Assembly (NCBI RefSeq): GCF_964194025.1
Contig: NC_134472.1
Span: forward strand, 44,206,001-44,270,000
Length of the DNA stretch: 64,000 nt
Source: Convolutriloba macropyga
Lineage: Eukaryota
Reading direction: 5' to 3'
Below are positions 10,297 through 22,949 of this stretch, one piece after another. Within the stretch, counting starts at the first letter, position 1, and every line of letters begins with the position of its first letter. A model generated the notes under the pieces. It did no database searches and had not been told where the DNA came from. It saw only the letters and a list, made by a program, of their open reading frames with translations. The translations under genes and the position numbers were made by a program.

Positions 10297-12140
10297 AATT
10301 GCTCTCAAACGAAGTTTTTTTAACGCGACCTGTCGGTCTTTTTTTAATGCGATTTTTCGCTTTACCGATTTTTCGTCTGACGCTTTTGACTTTTCGTCCT
10401 CAAAATCGGTATAGTCAGGTAGCGCCCAGCGGGCATTAAGTGCTCTTAGAGCCTTTCAGCTCTGTTTCAGCTCAAACTGTTTTGGAGACTTATACGTATA
10501 CTTATGGTGTGAAGGGCGGTTCTTAGAGGTTGAAGACACCCCCACTGTTGACCCCCACTATTGCCACCACCCCCACCACACTGTTGCCCCCCACCCCCGT
10601 GTTACCCCCACCCCCATCAGTCCCCGGTACTCCCCCCCCCCCCACCACCACCACCGTGACTACTGACGAACAACCGCTTGCTAAAAACGCAAATTTATAC
10701 TATGTTGTCACTTTTTTCAAGCTCTGAAAATTTTTGACATTTTTCGATTTTTATCAGCCTTAGGTGTCAAGAAACCTCCTTTAGGTTTTAATAAAAGGTT
10801 ACTGCATAGCTTCTAGTGGTAATGGAATGGTTTCAACATTTTAACATCACGAATTTTGGCATTTTTTGACAAAACAAGTTTTTACAATCTTTTGATTTTT
10901 TTTTCTTTTTTCAGGTCTTTCCAGACCCTGGGGCCAGAAAACATCCTCAGGGGTTTGATAATAATTTACTGACAAATTTTTATTGGCCATGGAATAGTTT
11001 TTCAACTTTTTTGATGTCACAAATTTTGGCAATTTTTGATAAAACTTGCTTTTTTCAGGTTTTTCTTGAAAATTTGTTGTTTTGTAGGTCTTTCAGCCTC
11101 AAGAGCCAAGAAACCTCCTCTAGGGTTTGAAAATAGGTTACTGTATAATTTCTATATTAAATGGAATGTCTTGCAAGATTTTAACATCACGAATTTTAGC
11201 ATATGAGCCTCAAGGGTCAGAAAACTTCCGTTAGGGTTTGATAATAAGTTACTGGAAAACTTTTGTTGGTCATTGATTAATTTTCAACTTTTTAATATTA
11301 CAAGTTTATCATTTTTTTTTATAAAACTTGCAATTTTTTAAGTTTTTGAATTTTTTTTAGGTTTCTCTAGCCTCAAGAGCCACGGAACTTACTGTAGGGT
11401 TTGATAATATGTTACTGCATAGTTTACATATGTAATGGAAAGTTCTTCAAGACTTTAAAATTACGAATTTAAGCAATTTTTTAAAATATTTTCAATTTTA
11501 TGTTTTTGATTGTTTTTCCTTCAGCAGAGGCCCTGGAACCTCCTCCAAGGTCTATTATAAGCTGCTGCGTAGTTTCTGAAGTTAAAGGGATGGTGATCGA
11601 ATTTTTTTCAAGTTTCAATAATTTTTGGATAAATTTTCAAATGTTAAAAGTGTATGGATCTTTATGAGCCTGTGAAACTAATTCAGGCTTGAAACAGGGA
11701 TACCGGATAGTCTCTTGAGACAATGAAATGGTTTTGATGAGATTTTAATTTCTTGGATTTTAGCAAGTTTTTGTTAAAAATTTTTTGACTCTTTTCAAAA
11801 ATTTTGAATGTTTTTATCCTTTTCTGAGCTTAACTATCATGGCCAACGAAGCTTTTCAAATCTTGCAGATGGGTTACTTAACATAACTCCAGAGACAGAA
11901 AGTAGTTTTTGAGCTTTTCACTGCGAAATCTGGAAGCTCTTCTTTTAGTTTTTGCAATATTTTGCAAATTTTTAAAATATCAGTTTTTTATTTGATTTTA
12001 CTAACAAGGCTAGACAACTAATAGTTGCAGAGTCGAATCAAGCTAAAGGGAACCTCACTAAACTGTGGCTAGCTATTGACGAAGCCAACCGCTCGCCGGT
12101 CGTTTGTGAGCCTTTCGCCCGACGTTAGTCGGTTATGTTT
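10297..12140 (+). mobile_element. Long HINE family 1 copy enclosing a degenerate tandem array
   Basis: 5' aattgctctcaaacga at 10297. 3' end with hairpin ccgacgttagtcgg-ttatgtt at ~12119-12140. Confidence 0.65.
10700..11990. repeat. Degenerate tandem repeat, unit mostly ~140-170 bp
   Basis: Recurring aaacctcct..agggtttgata..gttactg..aatggaat..aacatcacgaatttt at ~10771, 10941, 11111, 11221, 11385, 11537 and 11675. Confidence 0.8.
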
Positions 12141-13349
12141 AAATTTCTGGTCACACTTGACTTACCTCACTCTCAAAAATGACTTCCTCACTTTGAAATT
12201 GACTTTTGTTTACTTTAATTCAAAGAGATAAGGTCAAATGGGTGTGTGGCTGCTCTAAATGAAGTTTATTTGAGAGCAGCGAATAGAGGCAGCAAAAACT
12301 TATATAGATTTTTAATCAAAATGGAACATATCAGCCTTGATTGAAAAGACGATTTTTTTGTCTTTCTGTTTTTTAGACTGCAGATCTACGAAGCTATTGC
12401 GGCTATTTTCTGGCAATCTAACCCAAAAAATCTAGGGTCTATTAAAGGAGTGGTGGTCGATCTGTCTATCTTATTTCTTTAGTGGTTTCAATTCACGGAA
12501 GGCCACCAGCGTCTATCGCGGCTATTTTCCGGCAATCTGCCGGCTATGTTTGTAGTTTTGATTTTCCTTGTTTCTACTATTTGTAGGTCTAGTTGTTTAC
12601 TCAAATAATTTTGTTTGAATTGTATTTCAGGACCTGCTATGTGTTTGTTATTAAGGTTGTCTTTAGTCAAGTGTTTGGCTTAAAAAAAGAAAGAAGTCAA
12701 TTTGTTTTACCTCACTCAGCAAAATGACTTGCACGTTCTCTAGTTATTTAAGTTCACTTGAGGACACAAGATTAGAACTGTCTACTGTGAAATGGCCACG
12801 TTTTCAGTTTATTTATAGAATGTAAACTTTAAATGAAATTGAATAGTTGTCATCCACAAGTCTATTTTACTTGTAGGACATCAGCTTTTTAAATTTGAAT
12901 TGACAAGAATAATGTCGAATCTGAATTTATTCTGCAATAGATTTTTTCCGTACTGTTATTTTTCAAAGGGCTTGAAAAGTCAATTTTGTGGCTATTGTCC
13001 GGCAATCTGGTGGTTATGTTTTATGATGATTGATAGAAATGAATTAATCATAAATTTAAGGTATGCTTGGTTGGGGAACTCATGGTTGAAATCATTTCTA
13101 AGTTCAGTTGATTCTCAAAGTTTTCTTGCGATCAACCTCATGCCCACAAATCACCATGGTGCGCACGCAATTGAGTATATGCCTTTTGTTTGTTCCCAGA
13201 AACCCTCACAATCGGGTCTTCAAAATCTCGTCATCAACCCAGACAATGGGGTTGAACGGAAGAAATGAGCATTGTCCCCACTCATTTGGTGACAAACAAG
13301 TTCGCGCACAGCAATAATTGGGCAACTAAAATTGGGCGAGCTAAGACTG

Positions 13350-14940
13350 TAAATAAACGTTTGTGGGGCTGAGGGTGTTGTCACAGGAATGAGTCTCATA
13401 ACAGGGGATCTCTGGCGCTCAGCATTGTGGCTGAACTTCTCATTAAAGTCACTGAGATTCCTTGAGATAACCTATTGTAGGCAATTTATAAACCAGCTGG
13501 TTGAAAGTTTCGGTTATCGGCAAGCAAGGCTATACGTTTCAAAGTTTTTCGTACCAAATCTGAGAAGCCCCCGAAAGATTCAAACGCGAGTGGTACAAAC
13601 TGGATACCTATTTCGGCACATTTTTGGGCATATTGTTCATATTTCCTATCTTCAGCATTTGTCAGAGCAAAACCACACCTCCTCGCCGCATCTGAAATTA
13701 GACTGGGCTGCAGTGGGGAAGATATGGTTACATCTAACGCAGATGGTTGTCCCGCTGACCAGCTGGGCAAGTATATGTCTCCTGGCCTAGAGTTATTATC
13801 CGGAATCAAATTTTCTGTTCGTAGATGGGTGCTAAGTTCGCGGTCGAGCAAGCAGCAAATATTCTATCCCTCACTCTATCGTGCCGCGATATCATATCAC
13901 CCCGACCATGACAGCTTAAAGCGTCCTCACCCAGCTTGTCCAGTCTGCCGTTTTGACAGTAAGGGCATTTTCGTTCCTCAATGTATAACGGAACACCAAT
14001 CCGATACGTCAATGTGGCTCTAAATTCATTTGGCTGAAGGTGAAGGCCCAGGCTAGGTATTGGAGGTGCGGAAAGCCAGGCACCAAATTGAGGCAACGTT
14101 AGTGAAAGGAAACGAGCTTTCTCCCGATTTGAAATCTGATTAGCAAGAAGCTCAGAAAAAGCAGCATCGTCAAGTGCCTCCTGAATCTTGTGATGTGAAT
14201 ATTGGCTTATTTCTAGATTCTTCAGTTCTTCCACTGTTTCTTTAAAATATGGTTGTTTGTAATTTTCTCACCGGTTATTTGTTCTACCAAAGCCTCTGCC
14301 TGCGATACTCACCCAACGAACACTGCTTTCAATTGGTCAACTGCTTGTCTAATTCCAACGCCCGTTTTGCTTATTGGTAGACAAGCCTGCTTCCAAGCGT
14401 TGTCACTTATAACGGTTCCTAACACATTCTCAAATGTTCTTCGTCAGATGGAGTGTTACATCGCAGGGAATATACCATCTTTGGGGCACCAAGACAGCTT
14501 CGAAGAATTCCAAATGCACAATGTGGGTCGTCCAGATACGCCAGGTTGTCGAGCAGTTTTTCTAGTTTGTTGACTCTTTTCCTCAAAGATGCAGCAACAA
14601 AGCAGGGATTGCCGATGGCAGCGCCCAAGATCTCAAGTCCTTCTTTGCTATTTCTCTTTACTCTGCTATCTATAGCGTTCAGATCAATGGGTGACCAAAG
14701 CTCACATTTTTCTATTCTGAGCTCTAAACCGCACCCTTCACCCAAATTTGTCAACAAATTCAATGCTGTGCAAAGTTGTTGGTGGGTACCAGCAAGGATG
14801 CCATCGTCCAAATAAGATTTGGTAATTTTGTTTCAATTTTTTTAATGATTTGCCACAGGGCTAGTGAAAACAAAAGAGACCCCAAAGGTTCCCCTTGTTG
14901 AACTCCCGATTGGCTACTTAAATATGTGTTGTGTTGTTAA
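13350..14940 (-). mobile_element. 5'-truncated RLE-type non-LTR retrotransposon, CRE-like, frameshifted
   Basis: RT motifs GVQQGEPLG and YLDDG. Knuckle CPYC...DALSC, then RHDRVRD. Restriction-like endonuclease motifs RPGDIY, LDVTI, AEDRKY and FVPLAFESFGG. Confidence 0.85.
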
Positions 14941-15640
14941 AATGCAAACGACTGTGTTGTGAGTAGCAAAATCAATGAATTAATTGATTTCAAGAAATTT
15001 GCCGTCTTGGAAGTTCTATTTTCTGTAAAAAGAAGTTGCTTTCACTCGATCGTATTTTTCCTTAAATGTATGAAAGCAGAAGTCGAGAATAAGAGCCCCA
15101 ATATTTCTGTTTTTATAGCTCTTCAGGTTCGTTTTTCTTTTAATGCAAAAGCGATAAGAGAGTGTTACTGGCTTTTTCTTGTTTTTACAGTTCAAAATAT
15201 ATATTTGATTTGCCCCGTTAACTTTTTAATATATCATTTGTCGACTTGAGACACCTCAACAAAATAGAAGCACTGCATTTTTCAACGCTTCGGTCGTATT
15301 TTTGCGCCGCTCTTGCTGACAAAGAATGATATCAAGTTGAAAAGACCGTTTTCATCTTTTTTTAGATCCAAGCGGAAGGGATTTTTAGTCTTGTGGCGGT
15401 TTTGTTAATTTTGTCAATGTGACAAAAATGTGTTGACAATTTTAACACTCAATTTTTGATGAAAATTTTTCGCACGTCTTTCTTTTAGTGTTGTAACGTT
15501 TGTTTAGTTGCTGCCGAGTTTGAAACTTATTGTATTTTTCCCCCCTCTATATGGATTTTAAGCACTAGATAAGGTTGACGTGACTTTGTTGTTGTGAAAA
15601 CATGGAAAATTTGTCCCGCAACGATGTGTTTGGTATTTAG

Positions 15641-16231
15641 GAAGACATGCGTATAACCAAGAGGATTACATTTTGTGCTCCGAGTATATGGGCATAGCAA
15701 TGAATCTATTCGAGGAAAAGCTTGCAACGGCGGAACAAGCGATCGAAGAAACCGTTTGTCCATCTTGTACAGAACCCAACAAAGATTCGATCCAACATTT
15801 TGTAGAAATTCTTGGCGCTGGTTACGATTACTATCACTACTGCGAATACAAATTGGGTAATTACGAAAGTGCGGTCAAATTGGCTAACAGATCGTTACAG
15901 CTGAAAGCAAGTGAGCGGCTGCAAATAAATGTTGATATCATAATGGGATATATAGAAGACAAAACGCAAATAAAAAAGGTTATAAAATTTAAACCCAGAG
16001 AAGCAGATTTATGCAATCAAGGAATTTCAAACAAAGCCGATTCCAATAATGGGGAAGCAAGAATGATGGAGAAACATTTCAGAAGTTGGGGAAAATGTGA
16101 TTATAACAGAAACTTCAATCCAGTATTGATATTGCAACCCATCAAAAGGGAGATTTATTCTGAAAATCCACGAGTTGAGTTCTGGCATGAATTCATTAGT
16201 TCAAGTGAAGCAGAAGAACTTAAAGAACAAG
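15641..16231 (+). CDS. P4HA: Prolyl 4-hydroxylase alpha subunit, penultimate exon (TPR substrate-binding domain, linker, start of catalytic domain); 5' boundary uncertain
   Basis: Translates LGRHAYNQEDY..., KCDYNRNFNPVLILQPIKRE and PRVEFWHEFISSSEAEELK. Donor G|gtaagt after 16231 (phase 1). Candidate acceptor tttag at 15636-15640. Confidence 0.8.
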
Positions 16232-16415
16232 GTAAGTCAACTTTTGAATTATGCAGTTTATTGTTGCTTTGCATTATTATGGATTCTGATTAATTGGGAT
16301 CTTTAAACGTCATAGACGGCAAGTTTGCAGTAATATAAGCAAATATTGTAAATTCATTTTTTTGGGAAGCAAAATAGTTGTGTGAGGGTTTTTGCGAAGA
16401 CCTCAGAAGTTTTCC

Positions 16416-16834
16416 AATTGCTCTCAAAGTTTGTAGCAATTATATATATGTCCTGTGGTCTCGTTTTAATGCGATTTTTCGCTTGACCGATTTTTCGTCT
16501 GACCCTTCGTCCTCAAAAACGTGATAAAGCGGTAACTCCCGGAGGGTAGGAAGCTCTCTTAGAGCCTTTCGGCTTACTAGACTCTAAGTATGCGATTCAC
16601 CGAAAATGTTCGGATACATAAATTCATGGCGTCAATGGCGGTTTTTCACCGCCTCACCCCACATCTCCCCCACCCTCTGCATATAGTTCCACCCGTAACC
16701 CAGCGTCCCCGTGCGCTCACCCCAAACCCCTTCAATTAAGCTAAAGTTACCCTCCCTTAATCGTAGTTAGCTACTGAGTAAGTCAGCAGCTCGACGGTCG
16801 TTTGAGAGCAATTCGCCCGACGTTAGTCTGTTTT
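16416..16834 (+). mobile_element. HINE family 1 copy inside the P4HA intron
   Basis: 5' aattgctctcaaa..agcaatt; 3' tcgtttgagagcaattcgcccgacgttagtc. Confidence 0.8.
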
Positions 16835-16990
16835 ACAAGTTTAACAAGGCTGATATCTTTGCCGTGAGCTTGTTTCATACAAACATTGCAACGTTTAACT
16901 TTTTGTCGAGAAAAGTGAGAACAGAGCAGCGTTGTACTGCTCAGAATTAGGGCTCCATCTGACACTTAAAATTGTTGTATTTTGTCATAG

Positions 16991-17508
16991 GACTTCCTGA
17001 GCTCTCAAGATCAGAAGTAGAGTCAAGCCCAAATGAACAGGATTGGGCCGAATACAGAGTTAGCCAGTCTAGCTGGTTGAGTCACGACATACCACTTGTA
17101 CGCTCAATAGGTGATCGGATTACACAAGCAACTAATCTCACAATGAAGTATTCTGAAGAGCTGCAGATTGCAAATTACGGCGTTGGTGGCCAGTACGAAG
17201 CACATTATGATTACACGGATCCAGACAATCTAGACGACCATGCTCTGGAAGCTGGTAACCGGGTCGCAACTGTCCTCATGTACCTGTCGGACGTCGAACT
17301 AGGTGGAACGACGGCATTTCCGAAGTTGGGTTTGAACGTAAAACCCGAGAAGGGAGGAGCTGTATTTTGGTACAATATTAAAAGAGATGGTCATGTTATA
17401 AAAGATACCCTGCATGCTGCGTGTCCTGTTATTGTCGGAATCAAATGGGTGGCCAATCAGTGGATCAGAATGCATGGACAAGAGTTCGTATATCAGTGTA
17501 TTGCGTGA
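16991..17508 (+). CDS. P4HA: Prolyl 4-hydroxylase alpha subunit, last exon (2OG-Fe(II) dioxygenase domain)
   Basis: Acceptor catag| before 16991 is in phase with the 16231 donor (KEQG-LPELSRS). Motifs LQIANYGVGGQYEAHYD (HxD), GNRVATVLMYLSDVELGG and HAACPVIVGIKWVANQWI (distal His and 2OG-binding Lys) are intact. Confidence 0.93.
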
Positions 17509-18102
17509 AATCAGATCTAGAAAAAATCTGAAACTGGAGCCATAAAAGACTTTTAGACAATCCATTTTCTGATTTAGATGTCGGAAAACTATTTTTACTC
17601 TAGCTTATGGTGATAGCATAATAATTTAACTATTCTTAAACTGTATTTAGTGAAATATACGAATAAGGTGATATAGGTTTTGCTACTTTGTTTTTGGTAG
17701 CCGCGAAACGATAGTGAGGCTATTATTTGGCTCATCGTGGTCTTTTTATTAGCCGCCGTCAGCCTCTCAACTGCTATTCTTTTGGTGCTCTCCAGGAAGT
17801 CATTGTATTGGTGCTCTTTTTAAAATCCAAAAACCTGGATTGTATTGGTGCGCTTTCTTTTTTATGATCTTAACTTCAATTTTTGAGGAGTCAACGAGAA
17901 GTCAAATTAAAGTGGCTATTTAAGTAACAATGGACTAGTAATGGGAGCGAAAATTACCAAACTACCTTAAAAGTAGAGTATGAAATTGGTGTTCGAACAA
18001 ATTGTCTGTTTTTGGTATGGAATTTTTTACATGCATGAATTTGACTTCCGTTTTCAGTGTCTGTATTTCTCTGGAGTGCCATTAAAGTATAATACATGTG
18101 TT

Positions 18103-18466
18103 TAATTGATCTCGAGAGAAGTTAAGCATTCATTGTAAACCTGTTGGTCTTATGCAAAATTTGGCTTTGCCGTTTTGACTTTTACGCCCTTGACTTTTTC
18201 CTTTCGCTTGATCTAAAGTTCTCGCAGTCACCAATTTCAGTAGCTTAACTCACGTAACGGCAGTTTACTAAACTGCGCCAAATTGGTGTGATTTTTTCAC
18301 TTTAAATTTGATTACTGGTTTTAGTGGTATATAATAACATCTCATGGTGTGATTTGAAGTCCTTCTTTTTTAATTTAGTTTCTTCCCGCGACTGAAGCAT
18401 GTACAATAGATTCAAGCTCCCACTAGTTGTTCGAGGTGTATTCTCTTGACATTGGTGGGTTATGTC
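18103..18466 (+). mobile_element. Degenerate HINE family 1 copy
   Basis: Colinear with 7788-8201, with eroded termini. Confidence 0.65.
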
Positions 18467-18814
18467 CTCATTAAATCTATTAGGAAGTGTCTAATCCCTC
18501 AATGATCAGCTGAGGCTTTTTATGACTTCGACACTTCGTTGGCATATTGGCGAATTTCAATTTTTGACTTTTATATTAATTCTATCGTCTTGCTTAGTCT
18601 CATTAACGATAGATCGCATAGGCTGCTAATGAGGCTTCAGGGAGTCAAATAAATTACATCATTTCATAGCTAATGGTTTTATGACTCGGCAATGATTGTT
18701 TTCATAAAATACTAGCCAGTTTTGAGGTTTACCTGTGATCATTTTCTTTTTGTTGTCTTATTAGGTAGTTTGATTTGCAACCCAAGTCAGCCTCTCTACG
18801 GCCTCTCTCCTTTT

Positions 18815-20038
18815 AACAATTCAAGAATGTTGGTGCTCTGTCTTTTTTGTAAGATATGTTTGCACGTTTTTTCTATGTTTTTTGTGCTTTCAAAACGGGA
18901 TTAACAGGTAACGCTCAGTGTGCATTAGGTTTCGTTAGATGGCTTCAGTAGGTTTAGAGCGTTAAATCGGGCCTAATTTCAAGGTGAAAAGGTTTTTTTG
19001 TTTTTGTGCCTGAAATGGTTCAATTTTTCGCTTTTTTGTCATTTTTTGTGTTTTCTGTTAGCAGGGTATAGAATTAACGCTTTTCAAAGTTCTTAAAGTT
19101 TTTTACAAGCCGTAAGATTTTTTGATGTCTCATTTTTGTGCTATATGTTTTGTTAACACAAACTTAAACACCAAAAATGATAGTGATTTTTCCAAGTTTT
19201 TGAAATTTGTCAGTTTAATTTCTATCTTTAGGGCTCAAAGTTTCATAACATGCCAATTTTTGTAAAATTGTTTTAATTTTTGTTTTTCGATTTTTCGAAT
19301 TTTAGCAACTTTTAATAAAATTTGCTGTTTTTCCATTTAAAAATAATTCTCCTTTTTTAATGTTTTTCTATTTGGCAAATAAAACTCTTTTAGGTCAATA
19401 AATTGAGTAACTGGATAGTTTTGTAGAAACAACTAATTGGTTTTGAAGATAATATTACAATTTAGAAACTTGAAGATAGTATTACAATTTTTAGAAACTT
19501 TTAAAATTTACAAAACTTTTTGAAATCTTTGTCAATTTTTGCGTTTCGTCTTTAAGGAAAAATGAAAACTTCGGGCTTGGAAATGGGTACTTTGGTAGTT
19601 TACAGAGACAACTATTTGGTTTTGCAGATTTTAGTTTGACAAGTCAGCCAGTTTTCAAAATTATGTTCATTTTTTTGGCTTGAAGATGGGCTACTGTAGA
19701 GACTCGTTAGACATTTATATCGATTTGAGGTAATAAATTGTAGCTTAATAATTTTTAAAGGAAATAAAGAAACCATAATACTGAACGGTTTTGAGATCAA
19801 GAAGCTTTCTCATATTGTGCGCTCGGGTCACTTTATATATTTCAATCTGAATTTAAATAAAGTTTGGTTTTCAGAGTTAAGCTTTAGGAAATTTTCTATT
19901 GTCAATAATTATTGTTTTAGCAGAAAATTTGTGATTATTTTGCTGGCATTTTTCATTTGGTCTGGCGTTCAGGTATCGTAATTTTTGGTTTTTCAATCAA
20001 TTCTTGGAATTGTAATTCAGGACTAGCCCCGCTATGTT
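18815..20038 (+). mobile_element. Long degenerate HINE family 3 copy with internal tandem repeats
   Basis: 5' acaattcaagaat..ttggtgctctgtc; 3' attcttggaattgta..caggactagccccg-ctatgtt. The interior resembles the 10.7-12 kb repeats. Confidence 0.55.
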
Positions 20039-22949
20039 TTTTGATTCGCTGCACCATTCGTTCTCGTTTTCTTTTGTTTTACAGAAGTCAGGACTTTCAC
20101 GTTTGACTCCTGGTTTACCGCTTTCAGTGTTTAAACTAAATGCGTTTCAAATTCTTTCCCTCATTGAAAGTAAAGTATGGAATGTGGTCAGTGTCAAAAG
20201 ATCAAAATCAGTAGAAACGGAATGAAACTATTAGAACTTTTGACACTTAGAAATAAAGGCTGTCAATTTTTTGCCACTTTTGTTTCCATCGCAATTGCAT
20301 CAAGCGATACAACGAGGGCTAGTTTTTGGCAAGTTGTCGGCTATGTTTAAGAGTGGGTTTTTTGGTTGCTAATGAGGCAACATTTAATCTAATAAATAGT
20401 TCAAGTTTTAAAACTAGTGGTTTTCATGTTTTTGTGACTATCCTTTTCCGAATGATATTACCGGATGCATTTTTAAGCTTTGCCTGTTTTTGTTATTCGT
20501 GTGCTTGGTCTTATCCTTGATCTCAATAATAATTTTTGTTTGACCTCAAGTGGGGAGTAATGTTTGTTAATTTATAGGTTTCAGGTTTTAGCTAATATGC
20601 TACTTTGAAGCCCTTCGTTTCTCAAAGATTTTTGTGTTTTCGGTGACCTTGGCTCTTTTTCTTTCTAATGGAAGTAATAAAATTTGGTTTGTGACTTTTC
20701 TTGCCATTGTTTCGAACAGATTGATTTTTGCCAATTTAGTCAGTCGTTTCCCCTTTCTCTATCTATTATTTATTTCGGCAAGTTTGTAATATGGTGTACG
20801 CAATATAAGGATGCGAGGCGGGGATAGCTGTATCAATTGATATAATCAGTCTCAGTTGATTTTTGCAAAACTAAATAAAAAATTTTATTTGTGCGCATTC
20901 AGGGTCGTTTGCGTCGTTTACTGTCAAAATTTGAAGTTGCTGAAAAATTGTTACTTTTCGGGTCATAAGTTAATTCAATTCTTTAGATTGTGTTTCAAGT
21001 CCTTGCCTGCTATGCTTTCTTTGTAAGATGTTTTCACATTTTTCCCCAAGATTTTGAGCTTTCAACGACAATCAGGTAACGCCCAGTGAGCAATAAGTAT
21101 TAATAGAGATCATAACCTGGCTTTAGTAGTCTCTCATTTGCTTTAGTATTCTCTCGGAGTGCTAAAACTGGTGTTGAAGGCCTAAATTCGAGGTGGAAAT
21201 GTCATTCTTGAGAACAAAATGTTTATTTTTTTGTTATTTTGCAATGTTCATAGAGCGCTCTTACAAGCCCCATAATTTTCTTTCATATCTGTGCTTCTTG
21301 TGCTATATGTTTTGGTAATGGAATATTCAGCAACCAAAATGGTAATTATTTTTGCAATTTCTTTCACGTTTTTTGAAAATGTTTGTTTTTTCGGTTTTTC
21401 GATCTTTGGGGGTCAATGGAACTTTTCTAGGGCGTGAAGATTGGTGGAGACGAAAAATGGTCTTGAAAAATATAACAGAAATTTTAGCGACTTCTCAAAA
21501 AAGCTTGTAATTTTTCCAGCATCTTTTCGATTGCAGCTTTTTGCATCTCTAATGGCGAGTTTCGCTTTTTAGGGTATGAAAATGAGTTACTTGACTGGTT
21601 CTAGAGATAATAAAGTAGTTTTTAAGATAAATAATTCAAGTTATAGCAACTTTATGTAAAAATTGCCGATTTTAAATGTGCAAAAGATTGTCATTTTTCG
21701 AGTTTTTAAATCTTTAGTGGCCAATAAATCATTTTTAAAGATTTTGTGGGAGTTAATGGGTATTTTAAAAATGATCAAATTTGGCTGTCAGGATTTTAGT
21801 TTAAGAATTTGAGCGATGCTTAAAGTGTTGCTCTTGTTTTGCTCTTATTTTGAGGGTTGGCTATCGGAAACGTAAATGATAAATGTTAAGGTACATCATT
21901 TGTTTATGCTGGGATTTTTCAAGGTTTAACAGTTTTTCTTTCCAATAAAGAGCTTGAAAAGGCGCGATTAGATAGATATATGATACAGATAGTTTAGTTT
22001 TTGATAGTGAGTACAAAATTTTTTCTCGTTTTTTCTGTCACACGATACTCTCATAAATCTCATTTTTTGAGTCTTACGGATCTATGCTGGAACTTCGTGA
22101 TACACTAACTCACAGTAAACAGTAATATTGAATTTAAAACTGTAAATTCTGAAAAAATTAACTTTCCGAAAGTTTTGATCATCAAAAAGTTTTAGCAGAT
22201 AAAATGTATCGATCAGAATTATAGCAGGTTCTTGTCATTCGTATGAACTGTTGAACAAAAGAATGTGCTAATGGTTGCTCATAACTAAAAAAAATACAGA
22301 TCATGTAGTCTTCTGAACCACTTCAACCAATTTCCAATAATTATTTCTACCTATCGACTATAATTGTTTAAAAAAAACTTGAACAGCCACTGCGGTCAAT
22401 ATCGCATTTGACGATTCAGAGCAAATGGAAGGTAAAATTTGTGTTTTGCTCTAGAAAAATTTTCTTCTTGATTTGCTTGACCTTAATTGTTCTCTTTCAG
22501 CATTTAAATTGTTGACTTAACTGCGTACCATTGAAAATGTGCTTAGAAGCTTAAAATTTGCCTTCTGATAACAGTAGTCGCCTGGAAAAAGCGCTAGACA
22601 CGAATGATTTAAATTGCGCACAGGCTAGGCGTTCATCCGATTCTAGTCAGTTTATGTTTAATGTGTTCTTTTAATGTTGACATTTGATGCCAAAGTTCAA
22701 CAAATTAGAACACATATTTCTTTGAATTGTGTCTAAGGATTTTTTCGATTCTATTGGATCTTTAAATAAGACAAAAAATAAATTTGCAACCAACATAAAT
22801 TCTGAAACCTGCAGACAAAATTGAGAACTGCAACGCTACACTTGTAACGTAACTATAAAAAATGTACAGAGCCCTACAGCCGAAATGCGATAATTTCATT
22901 AAATAGTTTTTCCTGCTGTTTAATAAGTCTTTTAAAACCGACAATTCCC

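Noticed and set aside
3158-12670. Short ORFs in the repeat cluster (e.g. 4267, 6085, 10530 Pro/Thr-rich)
   Set aside because: They are translations of non-coding repeats and C-rich tracts, with no domain motifs.
2778-13021. CRISPR-like array of recurring hairpin motifs
   Set aside because: Spacing is irregular (hundreds of bp), intervening sequences are homologous to each other, there are no cas genes and the context is eukaryotic. The motifs are transposon termini.
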